Positions 1-7,051 of a DNA stretch of 62,220 nt are shown here, piece by piece. Every line of letters begins with the position of its first letter. Positions within the stretch are counted from its first letter, which is position 1. Where the stretch lies: the NCBI GenBank assembly GCA_001816475.1, contig MHCC01000013.1, forward strand, positions 1 through 62,220, in the 5' to 3' direction. Origin of the DNA: Candidatus Blackburnbacteria bacterium RIFCSPLOWO2_01_FULL_40_20 (GTDB lineage Bacteria; Patescibacteriota; Microgenomatia; UBA8517; UBA10165). The translations under genes and the position numbers were made by a program. The notes beneath the pieces were generated by a model, which saw only the letters and a program-made list of their open reading frames with translations, was not told where the DNA came from and searched no databases.

Positions 1-570
1 CATTCAGTTGTCGGCTACGATTGGCATCTTCGCTTGCGAGGTTGGGAAATTGATGATGTGCAGTTTGGTAGACGAAGTTATGGGAATTCTTACGCCTTAC
101 CAAAGCCACTCTATAAAAAAGAAGACCTTGCTCCAATTTTACAAAAATTAGTTGAAAAAACAGGTTTTCGACTAAGACGCGCCGGGTATAAAACATCGGG
201 AGTCCATGTTGCTATCCTTTATCGTGACGGTAACTTTTGGCACAAAGGAAAAAAGTTAAAAAGAATAATTTTTGAATCAAGAGATATTTTTAAGGAAGCT
301 TACAGAGTTTTATGTTCTTCGCCGTACGACAACCCAGTTGCCAACCTGGCTGTATCTTGTTTTAACTTAATAAACTGCAAAACTGCTCAACTTGAATTGT
401 TTGAAGATGTGATCAAAAAAGAAAATTTAGCCCAAGCAGTGGACAAGATAAACGAACGTTGGGGCAACTTTGTTATAACCCCGGCTCGAATGCTCGGAAC
501 AAATACTCTTGTCCCCGACCGAATTGCGTTTGGGGGAGTAAAGGAATTGGAAGAGTTTACACTACGATAA
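1..570 (+). CDS. Y-family (DinB/ImpB-type) DNA polymerase, C-terminal fragment; 5' end lies upstream of the window
   Basis: Frame 1 is open from nt 1 (HSVVGYDWHLRLRGWEI...) to the stop at 568-570. The C-terminal ...AQAVDKINERWGNFVITPARML resembles the little-finger/C-terminal region of DinB-type polymerases (recall only). Confidence 0.5.
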   Translation, partial: HSVVGYDWHLRLRGWEIDDVQFGRRSYGNSYALPKPLYKKEDLAPILQKLVEKTGFRLRRAGYKTSGVHVAILYRDGNFWHKGKKLKRIIFESRDIFKEAYRVLCSSPYDNPVANLAVSCFNLINCKTAQLELFEDVIKKENLAQAVDKINERWGNFVITPARMLGTNTLVPDRIAFGGVKELEEFTLR

Positions 571-609
571 AAGGAACAGATGCAGTTGCAAGAAACTCTT
601 TAGCTTGCC

Positions 610-634
610 AAGAATTTTGTTCAGCAAATTTCTT
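610..634. promoter_or_regulatory. 25-bp near-palindrome AAGAATTTTG-TTCAG-CAAATTTCTT, candidate operator; same motif as 4339-4363 and 4373-4397
   Basis: Read directly. The arms are reverse complements with 1 mismatch. Flanks CC...AC are also shared with the 4.4-kb copies. It lies 71 nt upstream of the ATG at 705. Confidence 0.45.
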
Positions 635-704
635 ACGAGTTTCTTACTATTCTCTTATTGCAATAAGCGTTTCTAGTAAATACTATATAAAATTATCACT
701 ATAC

Positions 705-1436
705 ATGTGGAACGGAGAAAGAATACGCTACTCTGAAGAGCAGCCCCAAAACAAACAAGGCAAAATCAAGATATACCTAGTGCGGCATGGAGAAATAGAA
801 CGTCACGAAAAACACCAACCAACACTCACAGCTCGAGGCTCTGAGCAAGCAAGAGAAGTTCCGCACAAAGCTTTTCCTTTTATTAGAGAAAGACAAAAAT
901 GCGGTATTGGTGTAAACATTTACACCTTTTACGCACGTCTTGATAGAACAGCAGAGACTGCAATTGAAACTGAGTATGAATGCCGCCGGATTGTTGATAA
1001 AGAAAATTTATCCAATATTCTAATCTTTCGGGCAACACCCTCTCCCTTACTCGAAGCTTCAAATTCTATCGAACCGCTGGTGAAAATAGGGATCTCAAAA
1101 CAGGAAGCAATCTACCTTTGGCTTACAGCCCGCGAAGAAGATCTTGCAAGTTGGGGAGTCGCAACTTTTCCGTCAGACGTACACAGAAAACTAAAAAGGT
1201 TTATCGATGGAACTACAAGACTTAATGCTCGTTGGAATGAATGCCGCGACAACATTCTGTTTTGGATAACACAAGAAACTGTGCAAGCGGCACTATTAAA
1301 TTATCTTTCTCAACAATCACCGGTTGTTATGGAATACACCGAAAGTATTGAAATAATCCCTATTCCCGATGAAGCAATTGTTTACGAGTTTCGAGGCAAA
1401 CAATATTTTGACAAGAAGAAAGATACAGATGCTTAA
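705..1436 (+). CDS. histidine phosphatase family protein (phosphoglycerate-mutase-like)
   Basis: In-frame ATG at 705 within track ORF 459..1436. The upstream part of that ORF overlaps the polymerase gene and the intergenic operator. IYLVRHGEIERHE carries the RHG catalytic motif. Confidence 0.5.
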   Translation: MWNGERIRYSEEQPQNKQGKIKIYLVRHGEIERHEKHQPTLTARGSEQAREVPHKAFPFIRERQKCGIGVNIYTFYARLDRTAETAIETEYECRRIVDKENLSNILIFRATPSPLLEASNSIEPLVKIGISKQEAIYLWLTAREEDLASWGVATFPSDVHRKLKRFIDGTTRLNARWNECRDNILFWITQETVQAALLNYLSQQSPVVMEYTESIEIIPIPDEAIVYEFRGKQYFDKKKDTDA

Positions 1437-1891
1437 GCAACTTGTTCAGCCGCATCTGTTTGAGCAACAACTTGGAGCTTAGCTTTTTTCTCTTTTAGTT
1501 TTTCAATTAGCACTTTTGTTTTACACCTTGACACTATTTCATTTTTTTGGTTTGTCAGCTCGCACTCTACTACATGCATAATTTTATCCATCCCAATCAT
1601 TGTGGCTCTCGCAGTAATTGTGTCACCTATTCTGACAGCCTCTATAAATCTAACATACAAGTCACCAAAAATTACACATTCATCAGACAACCCCAGCTTA
1701 TAAAGTGCCTCAGATACGAAAGACGTATACAACATTCCGTGCACAATTCTCCCCCCGAAACGTGTTCTTTCTGCAAATTCGTTGTCGAAATGAAGCGGGT
1801 TGAGGTCTCCGCTAAGCTGGCCAAATAAACCTACCATCTCTTCGGTAATAGTATGTTGAACAGTAGATGTTCTACGCTCTAACCCTAGCAT
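1433..1891 (-). CDS. MaoC-like (R)-specific enoyl-CoA hydratase / hotdog-fold dehydratase
   Basis: LSGDLNPLHFDNEFAERTRFGGRIVHGML is the MaoC dehydratase signature. Size is 152 aa. Confidence 0.75.
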   Translation of the reverse strand: MLGLERRTSTVQHTITEEMVGLFGQLSGDLNPLHFDNEFAERTRFGGRIVHGMLYTSFVSEALYKLGLSDECVIFGDLYVRFIEAVRIGDTITARATMIGMDKIMHVVECELTNQKNEIVSRCKTKVLIEKLKEKKAKLQVVAQTDAAEQVA

Positions 1892-1987
1892 GAATTGATA
1901 GTAGTTTATTTTTGTCTTAACTGTAAGTCAACTGGTATAATAATATTGGTGACGCTGCTTGCGTCTGCTGTATTATAAAATTTGATT

Positions 1988-2701
1988 ATGAATAACTATT
2001 ACCGACAGATTGTTGAACAAATAAACCAAACTGCCCGCAAGAATCCTCAACCTTCCAAACACTTCAATCTATCAAAGTACATGGGGACAACTCACACTAT
2101 TGTTAATATTACGACATCGCAGCTGCGGGAAATTATAAAAAACTGGACAAGAGAGAACAAAGATATTGCAGTGGGTGAATTGATTGATGTCCTTGACTCG
2201 TTCTATGTAAGTAACTCGCATACAGACCGTAGCGTTGGTGGAAAAATGCTGGAATATTTACCAAAACAGAGACAACAAATTCCCCCAGAACATATAGATA
2301 AATGGTTAACAGGAGCCCGAGGTTGGGAAGAAGTAGATTCACTCTGCCAGAGTTCATTTACAGCACATGAGGTTTTGGAAAATTGGAAAGAATGGGAAAA
2401 GTTACTTAAAAAATTTGTTTCGGACAAAGATGTACACAAAAGACGTGCATCTTTGGTTTTGTTAGTTAGACCAGTGAGAGAATCAGGCGACTATCGCCTG
2501 ACCAAAATGTCATTTGAAAACATTGAAAAATTAAAGGCTGAAAAAGATATCTTAATTACAAAAGCAATTTCCTGGCTTTTGCGCGAATTAATTGTTTACC
2601 ACAAGCAAGAAGTAGTTGAATGTTTAGATAAGAACGGCTCTACCCTACCTAAAATTGCAGTTCGAGAAACTAAGAGAAAATTAACAACTGGGAAAAAATA
2701 A
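1988..2701 (+). CDS. DNA alkylation repair protein (AlkD-like HEAT-repeat family)
   Basis: ATG at 1988 (the track start 1982 is TTG, two codons earlier). ...HKRRASLVLLV... and KAISWLLRELI resemble the AlkD-family C-terminal repeats (recall). Confidence 0.5.
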   Translation: MNNYYRQIVEQINQTARKNPQPSKHFNLSKYMGTTHTIVNITTSQLREIIKNWTRENKDIAVGELIDVLDSFYVSNSHTDRSVGGKMLEYLPKQRQQIPPEHIDKWLTGARGWEEVDSLCQSSFTAHEVLENWKEWEKLLKKFVSDKDVHKRRASLVLLVRPVRESGDYRLTKMSFENIEKLKAEKDILITKAISWLLRELIVYHKQEVVECLDKNGSTLPKIAVRETKRKLTTGKK

Positions 2702-2860
2702 CCTCTTGACATTCTTCCTATAGTATAGTAAACTTCTAAAATCATGAATAAAGTAGCTTGTTATTTGCCAATTACATCCACCTTCGGTCAAGACGTTGAG
2801 CTTGATCGCCACATGGAGGTTTTTCGCGTGTCTTAAATCCCCTTTTGTTCTTTTAGGAAA

Positions 2861-2884
2861 GTCTCCAAAAAGGAGGCTTTTTTT
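2861..2884 (+). terminator. intrinsic-terminator-like hairpin GTCTCC-AAAAA-GGAGGC followed by T7, inside the 264-nt spacer upstream of the MFS gene
   Basis: 6-bp stem (one G-U), 5-nt loop, TTTTTTT at 2878-2884. CTCCAAAAAG (2863-2872) can alternatively pair with CTTTTTGGAG (2890-2899). Confidence 0.5.
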
Positions 2885-2965
2885 ATATTCTTTTTGGAGG
2901 TTCCCCTGACACAACAAAACAAATCTCGTTTGTTTGTGTCAGCACATTAACAACGGAGGAATAAC

Positions 2966-4117
2966 GTGGATCGCGCAACAAAAGTCAAGCGTGCCTACAT
3001 CCTTGCAACGAGTTTGCAAAAGTTTGGCGTTGGTTGGTCTTTCTCAACATACGTCCTCTTCTTGCTAGGGCAAGGTATGACGTTGTTTGAGGCCAATCTT
3101 CTCAACACCGGCTTCATGGTAGCAAGCTTTCTTCTTGACCCGCCAACTGGATACCTTGGAGACAGAATCGGACAAAGGAGAATTTATCTTGTTGGTCAAC
3201 TGTTCTGGGCAATCTCGATGTTGGTGTACGGTACAAGTACTACTTTTGCTCAGTTTCTGGCAGCAGAGCTTGCCGCAGCGATAGGAAGTGCGTTGATTTC
3301 AGGGGCACTTGACTCATGGATGCGAAACCAAGTCGGAGAAGCAGAAACCCACAAAGCGTTGTCGCAAGGCGGAAGCATTTCGCAACTGGTTTCGATCCCT
3401 GCGGCAGTTGGGGGAGGGTTTATCGGTGCATTGTACGGTTTGGATAAGCCATGGCTAATTGGATCTGCATGTTCGTTTGCCGCCCTTGTAATTGCCTACC
3501 TTGCACTACGAGGTTTTGCGTCTCACGAGAAAAAGGAAGATGTGAAGTTTGCAATACGAGGAATAGCTAGGCACTCAATGTCAAACCCAGCCTTGCGTTT
3601 TACAATCATCATCGCCTTTTTCCAAACGCTGCTACTCCAACCATTCAACATGTTCTGGGCACCAATTTTCAAGGAACTATCCGGCGAGACTTGGTGGTTG
3701 GGAAGTTTTTGGGTTGGAATAACGCTGGCAATCGCGACCGGGTCGCATCTTGCACAAGGTAAGCTTCAGCAACTGAATGGGAAGGGGATAGCTCTAGCCC
3801 TATTTGCAATCGGGTTGCCGATGTTGTTCACCCCATTTGGTAGAAGCACATACATTGTGGCCGGCCTATTCTTGATTCATGAAGGAGGTCGGGGGGCAGT
3901 TGTTCCGTTAATCTTTACGTACGCCAACCGGCACATCCCAGATGAGGTTCGATCAACCAGTAATTCAATACGATCTTCTGCCTCAACACTTGGTGCCGGA
4001 ATTGGTCTCGTAACCTCCGGTTACCTTACGTTCTTTCTATCCCCTATCCAAATTTGGGGAATTGCGTCTGCAGGGATAATTTTGTTATCTCTGTATGCTA
4101 TCGCGAGAAAGGAATAG
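2966..4117 (+). CDS. MFS transporter
   Basis: 383 aa, about 12 hydrophobic segments, DPPTGYLGDRIGQRR matches MFS motif A. GTG start preceded by GGAGGA (2955-2960). Clearly GC-richer than its neighbours. Confidence 0.8.
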   Translation: MDRATKVKRAYILATSLQKFGVGWSFSTYVLFLLGQGMTLFEANLLNTGFMVASFLLDPPTGYLGDRIGQRRIYLVGQLFWAISMLVYGTSTTFAQFLAAELAAAIGSALISGALDSWMRNQVGEAETHKALSQGGSISQLVSIPAAVGGGFIGALYGLDKPWLIGSACSFAALVIAYLALRGFASHEKKEDVKFAIRGIARHSMSNPALRFTIIIAFFQTLLLQPFNMFWAPIFKELSGETWWLGSFWVGITLAIATGSHLAQGKLQQLNGKGIALALFAIGLPMLFTPFGRSTYIVAGLFLIHEGGRGAVVPLIFTYANRHIPDEVRSTSNSIRSSASTLGAGIGLVTSGYLTFFLSPIQIWGIASAGIILLSLYAIARKE

Positions 4118-4127
4118 GTTAGTCTTC

Positions 4128-4174
4128 GGGCTGGGTTTGGTCTTTTTATAAAGATCCGACCCAGTCCCTTTTTT
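4128..4174 (+). terminator. terminator-like hairpin after the MFS gene
   Basis: GGGCTGGGT (4128-4136) pairs with ACCCAGTCCC (4159-4168) with one bulge, followed by TTTTTT (4169-4174). The loop is long (~22 nt). Confidence 0.5.
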
Positions 4175-4326
4175 AATTATGTTCGAACAAAATTAAAATT
4201 TATGTGGATTTAAGTCTGTGGAATTCTTTTGATATTCTTTGTGGAAGATAACTCCGTCAGCCAACAAATTCATTTTATACTTTTTAACTAAACTCTCCAC
4301 AACCTCATTTAACTCATTTCTGTATT

Positions 4327-4394
4327 TTTTTGTTTACCAAGAATTTTGTATAACAAAATTTTTTTGTTTACCAAGAATTTTGTATAACAAAATT
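4327..4394. repeat. exact tandem duplication (period 34 bp) of TGTTTACCAAGAATTTTGTATAACAAAATT, each copy carrying a 10-5-10 palindrome
   Basis: Identical 30-mers at 4331-4360 and 4365-4394. Palindromes AAGAATTTTG-TATAA-CAAAATT(T/C)TT sit at 4339-4363 (1 mismatch) and 4373-4397 (perfect). Confidence 0.9.
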
Positions 4395-4468
4395 CTTACA
4401 CATTTCTTCTTCTACTGTTAATCCACTCTATTACTATTCTCTAGGAAGAAAGGGGGTGTTTTAACCAG

Positions 4469-4645
4469 ATGAAAAGTTCTGTATTAGCAATCGCGGGTGC
4501 AGCTGTGGCGTTATTTATTACTGCCGGCATTGTGGCTGCACAATCACCATCACCAAGTCCCAGTCTGTCTGTATCACCAACGCCAACTCCTCGAGTAGCA
4601 CCTCAGGGTGCACCAAGTACGGGAATGGGTGGAGTATTTAGGTAA
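4469..4645 (+). CDS. small secreted/membrane-anchored Pro/Ser/Thr-rich peptide (58 aa) with C-terminal APSTG motif; candidate sortase substrate
   Basis: Not in the ORF track (<60 aa). Own translation: MKSSVLAIAGAAVALFITAGIVAAQSPSPSPSLSVSPTPTPRVAPQGAPSTGMGGVFR, stop TAA at 4643-4645. SD AAGGGGGTG at 4450-4458. Signal-peptide-like N-terminus. Confidence 0.55.
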   Translation: MKSSVLAIAGAAVALFITAGIVAAQSPSPSPSLSVSPTPTPRVAPQGAPSTGMGGVFR

Positions 4646-4650
4646 ACTTG

Positions 4651-4685
4651 GGAAGAACATGCACGCTGAGCGCACATGTTCTTCC
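4651..4685 (+). promoter_or_regulatory. strong intercistronic RNA hairpin between the small-peptide gene and the sortase gene
   Basis: GGAAGAACATG / CATGTTCTTCC form an 11-bp perfect stem, plus an inner CGC/GCG stem with a TGA triloop. No T-tract follows. Confidence 0.6.
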
Positions 4686-4701
4686 AAGAGCAAATGATCC
4701 A

Positions 4702-5310
4702 ATGCCAAACATTAGAATACCTAAAGGTTTTATTAATTCTTCTATTTTTTTACTAAGCGTTATAATGTCTTTAGGGATTGTTTCATTTAGGGTTAGGTCA
4801 CCGCAAATTAATATCAAATACTCCACACTGGGCTTACTCAAAGAAGCTAAGGTTGTCATCCCCGGAATCCCCCATAATATCTCAATTCCCAAAATAGATG
4901 TCAATACCAAAGTCGAATTAGTAGGTTTGGACGAAAGTTACAACATGGGTGTTCCTAAAGATGTTGATAATGTGGGATGGTACCGCTTGGGCCATAAACC
5001 AGGTGAAAATGGGAATGCTGTTATTGATGGACATTTTGATTCACAAACAGGCCCTGCAATTTTCTACAAATTATCAGAACTCATACTCGGAGACAAAATA
5101 ATCGTCAAAGATGACAAAGGAAAAAATTTCATTTTTTCAGTTATAGATAAAAAAAGCTACCCTTACAATAAACTTCCATTAAAAGATATTTTCGGCTCGC
5201 AAAGCAATCCTCAACTTGTATTAATTACATGTAGTGGGCAATTTAATCGATCAACTCAAAACTATTCGGACAGAACAGTAGTTTATGCTATCTTGACAGA
5301 TGTGAATTAG
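4702..5310 (+). CDS. sortase (class F-like transpeptidase)
   Basis: ATG at 4702 in track ORF 4648..5310. N-terminal TM segment, NAVIDGHFD (catalytic His), LVLITCSG (TLxTC-type Cys), DRTVVYA (Arg). Confidence 0.8.
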   Translation: MPNIRIPKGFINSSIFLLSVIMSLGIVSFRVRSPQINIKYSTLGLLKEAKVVIPGIPHNISIPKIDVNTKVELVGLDESYNMGVPKDVDNVGWYRLGHKPGENGNAVIDGHFDSQTGPAIFYKLSELILGDKIIVKDDKGKNFIFSVIDKKSYPYNKLPLKDIFGSQSNPQLVLITCSGQFNRSTQNYSDRTVVYAILTDVN

Positions 5311-5370
5311 ACTTTGTAATCACTTCAATAGATTGAAGAGTCTCAATAATTATTGTTACTAATCTGGCTC

Positions 5371-5400
5371 TTGACTTTGCATATTTTAGTAACTTATACT
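5371..5400 (+). promoter_or_regulatory. sigma70-like promoter TTGACT-N18-TATACT for the LysM gene
   Basis: -35 at 5371-5376 and -10 at 5395-5400, 46 nt upstream of the ATG at 5447. Confidence 0.45.
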
Positions 5401-5446
5401 GCTTCCGAAATCAACTTTTCGCATTAAAAAATAACACTTAAAACGA

Positions 5447-6058
5447 ATGGAAAACTCAAGAAGGACTACTAAAACCGTAGAGACGGGCTTAAGTTTAAAG
5501 AGTATTTTAAAAACTCTAAAACTGAATGAGCCAACAATAAGTACAGTCCTTGGGGGAGTAGTAGTTTTAGTTATCGCATTTACATTAATTAATTCATTTA
5601 GAAACAACTCTTCCCAAAATAAAATAACCCAACAAGCAAGCCAGACTGCACAAGAACAACCTGCAACCCCCAAAACTCACAAAGTCGAAAATGGAGACAA
5701 TCTTTGGAAAATCGCAGAAAAATATTACAAATCCGGTTACAATTGGGTTGACATTGCAAAAGCTAACAAACTTGCAAATGCAAGCATAATAACAGCTAGC
5801 CAAGAACTCGTGCTTCCTGAAGTTGAACCAAAACAAGTCACGATCGCGCAAACTTCTGATGAGAAAATCTACAATACTACTTTTGGTGAAGCAATTGTGG
5901 GAGACAACTATACCGTAGCAAAAGGTGATCATCTTTGGGGAATTGCCGTTAGAGCATATGGAGATGGTTATAAATGGGTAGATATTGCAAATGTAAATAA
6001 CTTAGAAAATCCAGATGTTATCTATAAAGACCAAAAACTTTCCATCCCACGAAATTAA
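5447..6058 (+). CDS. LysM domain-containing membrane-anchored protein (two LysM repeats)
   Basis: HKVENGDNLWKIAEKYY...NWVDIAKANKL and YTVAKGDHLWGIAVRAYGDGYKWVDIANVNNL are LysM repeats. One N-terminal TM segment. Confidence 0.85.
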   Translation: MENSRRTTKTVETGLSLKSILKTLKLNEPTISTVLGGVVVLVIAFTLINSFRNNSSQNKITQQASQTAQEQPATPKTHKVENGDNLWKIAEKYYKSGYNWVDIAKANKLANASIITASQELVLPEVEPKQVTIAQTSDEKIYNTTFGEAIVGDNYTVAKGDHLWGIAVRAYGDGYKWVDIANVNNLENPDVIYKDQKLSIPRN

Positions 6059-6100
6059 CCAAGTACTCGTGATATAATAAGAAGGTATCTCACCTTAAGT

Positions 6101-6172
6101 GCGGGCGTAGTTCAGTGGTAGAATGCTTCCTTCCCAAGGAAGAGGTCGTGGGTTCGAGTCCCATCGCCCGCT
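6101..6172 (+). tRNA. tRNA-Gly (anticodon CCC)
   Basis: Hand-folded cloverleaf: acceptor GCGGGCG/CGCCCGC, anticodon stem CTTCC/GGAAG with loop TTCCCAA, T-arm GTGGG-TTCGAGT-CCCAT. No encoded CCA. Confidence 0.9.
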
Positions 6173-6246
6173 CATATCATAAACACATCTTCATCTATAT
6201 CTAAAATTTAACTTTCTTCCCCAAAAATAGTAAAATATACATGTTG

Positions 6247-6320
6247 GCCGATGTAGCTCAGTGGTAGAGCAGCGGTATCGTAAACCGTAGATGGCAGTTC
6301 GATTCTGCCCATCGGCTCCA
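6247..6320 (+). tRNA. tRNA-Thr (anticodon CGU), CCA encoded
   Basis: Acceptor GCCGATG/CATCGGC, anticodon loop ATCGTAA, T-arm GGCAG-TTCGATT-CTGCC, 3' TCCA. Confidence 0.9.
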
Positions 6321-6388
6321 AATATTGCAAATTGTAGTACAATAAGTTGTATATGATTTCCCGTAGAGAGAAAGTTCAAGAAAAAAGA

Positions 6389-7051
6389 ATGGCCAAGTCG
6401 GGTATTGTTTTTCTTCTTACCTCCATCCTCCTTCTTGCGCTTTTAATAATTGTTGGAATTCCTACTTTAGGAAAAATTGCATCCATGGTAAACAACAAAC
6501 CAGTTGTTCAACAAGACGACAAAACCCCTCCAACCCCACCCCAATTTGATGACTTGCCAAGATATACAAAAGAAGACAAGGTTACAATTAATGGTCGTGC
6601 GCCAGCAGGATCAATATTAAAAATATTTAGAAACGACAAAAAAGTAAGAGAAATTAAAATTGATGACACAAGTCTCTTTACTGCTGAAATTCCACTAGAG
6701 CAAAAATTAAATTCAATTTACGCCACATCCACTGACGAACGTGGAAACGAGAGTGGCGACTCTCGCACTTCTATCGTAAATTACATCGCTCAACCTCCGT
6801 CCTTAGAAATAACCAGGCCCCAGGACAAGCAAACATTCTACGGGGATGATAAAGACTTGAGAGTGGAAGGAAAAACTGATAACAGCGATGTCAGTATAAA
6901 AGTAAACGACAGAATTGCGATTGTTGCGGGAAATGGAGTTTATTCTCAAAACATAATTCTCTCGGAAGGCGAGAATTCCATCACGGTTGTTGCAACAGAT
7001 CTTGCGCAAAATACAACAGAAAAGAAAATATCTGTTACCTACTCTCCTTAG
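6389..7051 (+). CDS. membrane-anchored protein with bacterial Ig-like domains
   Basis: Track ORF 6347..7051 (TTG start); ATG at 6353 or 6389 is more likely. MAKSGIVFLLTSILLLALLIIVG is a TM segment. TINGRAPAGSILKIF and ENSITVVATDLAQNTTEKKISVTY are Ig-like beta-sandwich patterns. Confidence 0.5.
   Translation: MAKSGIVFLLTSILLLALLIIVGIPTLGKIASMVNNKPVVQQDDKTPPTPPQFDDLPRYTKEDKVTINGRAPAGSILKIFRNDKKVREIKIDDTSLFTAEIPLEQKLNSIYATSTDERGNESGDSRTSIVNYIAQPPSLEITRPQDKQTFYGDDKDLRVEGKTDNSDVSIKVNDRIAIVAGNGVYSQNIILSEGENSITVVATDLAQNTTEKKISVTYSP

Noticed and set aside
459-704. N-terminal 82 codons of track ORF 459..1436
   Set aside because: This part overlaps the 3' end of the polymerase gene in another frame and runs through the intergenic palindrome. 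The recognisable histidine-phosphatase sequence begins after the in-frame ATG at 705.
4327-4394. Possible CRISPR array
   Set aside because: There are only two directly abutting repeat copies (4-nt T spacer), no unique spacers and no cas genes.
4239-4421. 60-aa plus-strand ORF
   Set aside because: It consists of translated tandem 34-bp repeats/palindromes (low-complexity F/Y/L-rich) with no SD. It is better explained as regulatory DNA.
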